Assembly: GCA_001770205.1 (NCBI GenBank)
Contig: MEQL01000002.1
Coordinates: 1 to 64,000, forward strand
Direction of reading: 5' to 3'
Origin: Bdellovibrionales bacterium RIFOXYD12_FULL_39_22
GTDB taxonomy: Bacteria; Bdellovibrionota; Bacteriovoracia; Bacteriovoracales; Bacteriovoracaceae
DNA: 64,000 nt
The notes beneath the pieces were generated by a model. That model was given only the letters and a program-made list of their open reading frames with translations, searched no databases and had not been told where the DNA came from. This document shows, one piece after another, positions 59,871-64,000 of this stretch (its first letter is position 1; the number at the start of each line of letters is the position of its first letter). Made by a program: the position numbers and the translations under genes.

Positions 59871-61055
59871 ATGAAAATAGTTCGCAATAAAATCAATGAT
59901 ATAATTGAAGATTTAGACAAACCAAACATAACAATTTTACTGGGGGCCAGGCAAGTTGGAAAATCGACCTTGATGGAAGATTTGATGGCCCATGTAAAAG
60001 GAATTGGTGGGAAGTTGGTTAGTTTTAATTTGGAATATCCAGATGATCTGCTTTGGTTTTCGAGAAGTGATAAAGAGATTTTTGATGAGTTAAGTGGGCA
60101 GAAAGATTTATTAATCTTTATTGATGAATTTCACTATTTAAAGAATGCTTCGAAATTATTTAAGGGTCTATACGATATAAAAAGAAATATTAAGATAGTT
60201 GCTAGCGGCTCTTCATCGTTAGAAATACATAAGCACTTGCAGGAGAGTTTGGCCGGACGGCGAAGAATTTTTAAAATCTTCCCTCTCTGTTATGATGAAT
60301 GGCGGCAGACAGGTAAGGGCTTGGAAGAATTTCTTACATATGGAGGTCTGCCTGGCCTGTTAAAGCATAATACACGCGCAGAAAAAATAGAATATCTCTC
60401 GCAGATGGTACAGACGTACCTAATGAAGGATATTAAAGGCCTTATAAAAGAGGAAAATATTCGCGCCTTTAATCACTTGCTATTTTATTTGGCAGAACAT
60501 CAGGGAAATATTATGCCAGCAGCAAATTTAGCAAGTGAAATTGGAGTTAGTGCGCATACAATAGAGAGTTATTTGGAAATCTTAGAACAGACTTTTATAA
60601 TTTATGGAATTCATAGCTTTGCTCAGAAATTATCTAACGAATTGAAGAAGTCTCGAAAATATTACTTTTATGACGCCGGAATTAGAAACTCATTGCTTAA
60701 GAATTTTGCCAAAACTGTTGAACGGGATGATCTAGGTGGCATTTTTGAATGTGCCGTATTACAAGAGCTTAAAATTTTACAAGCGTCCAATGTGGAAATA
60801 AGATTTTGGAGAACGAAGCAAGGGGACGAGGTAGACTTTGTGTGGATTGAAGATCGAAAACCAATTCCGATTGAGGTTAAGAGCAATATTGAAAACGATA
60901 GAACGCCTCCTGGAATAATAAAATTTTTGAAGCACTATCCGAAGTCAAAAGTGGGATATGTGATAAATCGCACTATAAAAGAGGATAGAGAATTAAACGG
61001 ATCAATAATTAAATATCGAACTATCGCTGATTTGCGTAGCGAATTTATTTCTTGA
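59871..61055 (+). CDS. AAA_14 ATPase with DUF4143 and PD-(D/E)xK-like C-terminus
   Basis: GARQVGKS, FIDEFH, SGSS, ESLAGR, YFYDAGIRN, EVDFV..IEVK. Confidence 0.88.
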   Translation: MKIVRNKINDIIEDLDKPNITILLGARQVGKSTLMEDLMAHVKGIGGKLVSFNLEYPDDLLWFSRSDKEIFDELSGQKDLLIFIDEFHYLKNASKLFKGLYDIKRNIKIVASGSSSLEIHKHLQESLAGRRRIFKIFPLCYDEWRQTGKGLEEFLTYGGLPGLLKHNTRAEKIEYLSQMVQTYLMKDIKGLIKEENIRAFNHLLFYLAEHQGNIMPAANLASEIGVSAHTIESYLEILEQTFIIYGIHSFAQKLSNELKKSRKYYFYDAGIRNSLLKNFAKTVERDDLGGIFECAVLQELKILQASNVEIRFWRTKQGDEVDFVWIEDRKPIPIEVKSNIENDRTPPGIIKFLKHYPKSKVGYVINRTIKEDRELNGSIIKYRTIADLRSEFIS

Positions 61056-61243
61056 GCGCAATACGTCGACGGTAGTAGGCATTGTACTAATTGATGAATA
61101 TGCCTCTAGGCAAGTGTTATTGAAGTGGAATCAAGAATTAAAATACCATTACCCCTAAGCAAGGCCAACAACTCTTTACCATTTGGTACTGCAATTTGAG
61201 CAACGCCTGCAATTGATTCGCTGGCAAGCTCCAGTAATAATAA

Positions 61244-61433
61244 AGTCAGCATGCCCTTGAATTTGATCACGTTATCGCGTGGGGCATGGGGGGGGGGGCA
61301 AACTAATACTGACTCGATGAAAATTTTGTGCAAAAGTTGCAACCAAATACATGCGATAATAGATTACGGAATTAACAAAATGGAAAAGTACTTTGCCAGG
61401 CAAGGTAGTGCAGGCCAGATACCCTTGAACTAA
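61244..61433 (+). pseudogene. HNH endonuclease C-terminal remnant, frameshifted at a G11 tract
   Basis: Frame 1 reads SQHALEFDHVIAWGMGG; frame 2 reads QTNTDSMKILCKSCNQIHA. Stop codons lie immediately upstream. Confidence 0.7.
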
Positions 61434-61814
61434 CCTCACCTGCACTTATTAAATTTTGAAGGCCATGACAATTACCAAGGCAAAACAATCAGAGATAAGA
61501 AATAATAGCTGTTTTTATGAAAACAGCGCGAAAAATATTTTGAACAAACTAACTTGGAAAAATTAATTGATGCCGATTAGGTAATTGTCTCCGCGATCAG
61601 TATACAGGGCAATATTGTATTTTTTACATTCTATTGTTTAACAATTATACAACACTGAAAAATGAAGTAGGAATGCATATTGGCATCTGTCTAATGAAAT
61701 TAGAAGGATACCAGTATTAAATATATAGTGCTCAGGGTGGCCAAGTTTATGCATTAGTACAATTAACACAGTCAGCATGGTAGTCAAAACCGTTTAAAAC
61801 AAAGAGAGAAATAA

Positions 61815-63233
61815 GTGAAGAATAGAACAAAGGAACAACTTATGAGGGACTACATAAAAAAAATGGCATTTAGGGTTATAGTAATTAGTTGTCTTTTTCT
61901 TATTTGGCCAACGTTAATTTTGGCCGAAACTGTCTCTGCCCTTTCGACAGAGAATCCAATAAAGATCTCGGGTGTTATTGATGGGGTATCACTTGATAGT
62001 CCACTAAACTTGGTATGGCCAATGGACAACATGGCAGAAAATCGAGCTGAACTCATCGAGTACTTTCGTCGCTTAAAACAATTAAATATCAAGGCCATTC
62101 GCAAGCTGGTCCCGGGTAAGTTGATAGATAGTCCCACCTGTGGTGAGCAGCTTATCGAGTTTGTAGAGATCGCTGCTCAACATAGAATAAAACTTTTCTT
62201 TTATATTGGTTTTAAAATGCCTTCAGATTTAGGAATCATGGAAAAAGAAAACAATATGCAGGCCTATCAAGCATTAATTCAGGCCGGAGAGAACAATATT
62301 GATAAAACGATTGGGTATATCTCTCGCAATGGATCGAAGTTTGATTCGACCATTATAGGGTATTCAATTGGGAATGGTGAAAATCTGCGGAATATCGCCA
62401 ATATGGATTTTGTTAGAGAGATGATTATTTATTCACAACAGATTGATCCATCACATCGTTACACGACAGAGCTTAAAGCAAATCGAAATGGTATGTTCAA
62501 CGGACAACTCCTGGGATTGGGGACTGCAAGTGGAAAACCTTATGATGAGGCCTTAGAACAACGAAGCGTTTATGATGTTCTTGATTTTATCGCTTTTGCC
62601 AATTATACGGGACTTTCCAATACCGCAGAGATTTCATTTAAAGATACGCTCTCTTTAATTGCGAAACAAAATCCTCGTAATCTCGATGTCGTTGTTGAAG
62701 AGTATGGAACTAAATTAGAAAATGAGGTTAGTCGTGCAAAATATCTCCGCAGTATTAGAGAAACAATTGCCACTTCGACGGAAGTTAACATCATTGCGGC
62801 TTTCTTGTGGGACGCACATGTAAATTGGCATACTCTTTTTCGTCCTCTCAATCCAAATATCAATTATGGACTTTTCGAATATGATACAAGCGTTCCTTAT
62901 AAGATTGGTGCTACAAGGCCTTCGATATTGGCAACCTTCAACTCTTCGCCGGAATTGGGCCAACGCATAAGTGGGGTCAGTACACCGAAGAGATTGGCCT
63001 CTACGCTTTATGCAATTTCGACAAGTGATGTAAATAATAATCAAACGCATTGCGGATGGGATTTTGATGGTGACCATAAGGTTGACCAATGGTCCAAAGT
63101 TAATGCACAGAAAGCTTGTTGGGTACTACATAAGTTTACTTCTAAAGGAGAGCAGACTGTTCGCGTATTAGTGATTGATTCCTTAAAAAGTTTCAGTCGC
63201 TGGGTTTCTAAAACAGTTAATGTTGTGCTGTAA
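61815..63233 (+). CDS. Secreted clan GH-A-like (GH5/GH2-like) TIM-barrel protein with C-terminal PKD-like domain
   Basis: IKAIR, YSIGNGE, IDPSH, LDFIAF, VEEYG, FLW, YGLF; WDFDGD..HKF..G..TVRV. True start is probably a downstream Met. Confidence 0.65.
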   Translation: MKNRTKEQLMRDYIKKMAFRVIVISCLFLIWPTLILAETVSALSTENPIKISGVIDGVSLDSPLNLVWPMDNMAENRAELIEYFRRLKQLNIKAIRKLVPGKLIDSPTCGEQLIEFVEIAAQHRIKLFFYIGFKMPSDLGIMEKENNMQAYQALIQAGENNIDKTIGYISRNGSKFDSTIIGYSIGNGENLRNIANMDFVREMIIYSQQIDPSHRYTTELKANRNGMFNGQLLGLGTASGKPYDEALEQRSVYDVLDFIAFANYTGLSNTAEISFKDTLSLIAKQNPRNLDVVVEEYGTKLENEVSRAKYLRSIRETIATSTEVNIIAAFLWDAHVNWHTLFRPLNPNINYGLFEYDTSVPYKIGATRPSILATFNSSPELGQRISGVSTPKRLASTLYAISTSDVNNNQTHCGWDFDGDHKVDQWSKVNAQKACWVLHKFTSKGEQTVRVLVIDSLKSFSRWVSKTVNVVL

Positions 63234-64000
63234 TTTTCCTGTGTCCTCGTTGTAAGAAAGAAGCGCATAAAATCCCAGAAAAAAAGGTGAGAAGGAACAT
63301 TAAAGAATTTTGAGCGTGAGCGGGTGTCGAAGTATGAGCGTGATTATTGTCGGAGAACGGGGAGAACGCGGGAATGTTGGGAGTATTTAGATTGCGATAA
63401 TTCCTGTCATTGTCAGAATTGTTAATGTTGCGAGAATCGCTAGAGTTACTAGAATTACTAGAAAGAGGATTGTGCGGAGAGTTTGAAGAGTTAGGGGTGT
63501 TGTTAATGGCGATAGAACCGCATGAGCTGACGAAGTCTGATTCGTAGGTTTGGGCCACTGCGCCGTATTCGATGATGCTGGCACTTGGAAGAATTGTGCT
63601 GCCGATAATATTTATAAGGCCACCGTTTTTTCCACCGGGAGCTTCAAGGCGAATACGTCCTCGACCCCCGTCCCCTCCGCCACCGCCGGCCTCACCTCCG
63701 CCAGCACCTCCAAGTCCGCCATTTACATTAATTGAGCCTTGAATTTCGATAGAAGTTGCGGATGCTAGATAAATGGTTCCGCCGGCACCGCCACCACCGC
63801 CACCGGAGTCACCGGCCGAAGATTCATCATCTAAACCATTGCCGCCATTACCACCAAACGCATTAATTTCGCCAGATTCACTAATTATTATTTTCCCAGA
63901 AGCAGCGATAAAAATTGCGCCACCACCTGCGCCACCTCCCCCCGCACTTTTCGTTCCAGTCATTTGATCGTTAACAAATCCGTGTGATCCACTTCCTCCT
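63217..64000 (-). CDS. Glycine-rich surface protein, C-terminal part (gene runs off the window)
   Basis: Repeated GGGGAGG-I-I/L units; frame open to the window edge; C-terminal Cys motif, low-complexity linker, TM helix and basic tail. Confidence 0.75.
   Translation of the reverse strand, partial: GGSGSHGFVNDQMTGTKSAGGGGAGGGAIFIAASGKIIISESGEINAFGGNGGNGLDDESSAGDSGGGGGGAGGTIYLASATSIEIQGSINVNGGLGGAGGGEAGGGGGDGGRGRIRLEAPGGKNGGLINIIGSTILPSASIIEYGAVAQTYESDFVSSCGSIAINNTPNSSNSPHNPLSSNSSNSSDSRNINNSDNDRNYRNLNTPNIPAFSPFSDNNHAHTSTPAHAQNSLMFLLTFFSGILCASFLQRGHRKITAQH

Noticed and set aside
61106..61342. 78-aa minus-strand ORF
   Set aside because: It overlaps the HNH remnant and has no recognisable family; it may be debris of another gene but cannot be supported.
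1..64000. Numerous 60-150 aa ORFs antisense to or nested in long genes
   Set aside because: They are shadow ORFs with no motifs or RBS, and they overlap well-supported CDS.
63550..64000. GC-rich CCGCCA repeats as a DNA repeat element
   Set aside because: They are explained by poly-Gly codons of the minus-strand CDS.

Overview
This 64 kb window is gene-dense, AT-rich bacterial chromosome. The gene content points to a predatory Bdellovibrionota (Bacteriovoracia-like) host, which is an inference: rnc-era-der, korAB, receiver-CheX, HD-GYP, many secreted proteases, peptidoglycan enzymes and Cys-rich hypothetical proteins. About 50 CDS can be supported. They include a CusCBA-type efflux operon, two AAA_14/DUF4143-type ATPases, a cyclic nucleotide-gated K+ channel, a B12-radical SAM enzyme and a GH31 glycosidase. 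I saw no rRNA, tRNA, CRISPR array or intact transposase. The most notable items are: (1) a four-gene secreted locus at 14.6-18.7 kb, driven by two sigma28/FliA-like promoters and ending in a candidate Cys/His peptidoglycan amidase-immunity pair; (2) a Ser/Thr kinase + sigma54 activator + outer-membrane barrel module, with a visible -24/-12 promoter and a shared TGACA-N4-TGTCA operator; (3) a Xer-like recombinase with several catalytic residues substituted; (4) palindromic operators over the promoters of both AAA_14 genes; (5) strong over-representation of GGCC; (6) an HNH remnant split at a G11 tract. All calls come from reading motifs by eye; no searches were run.
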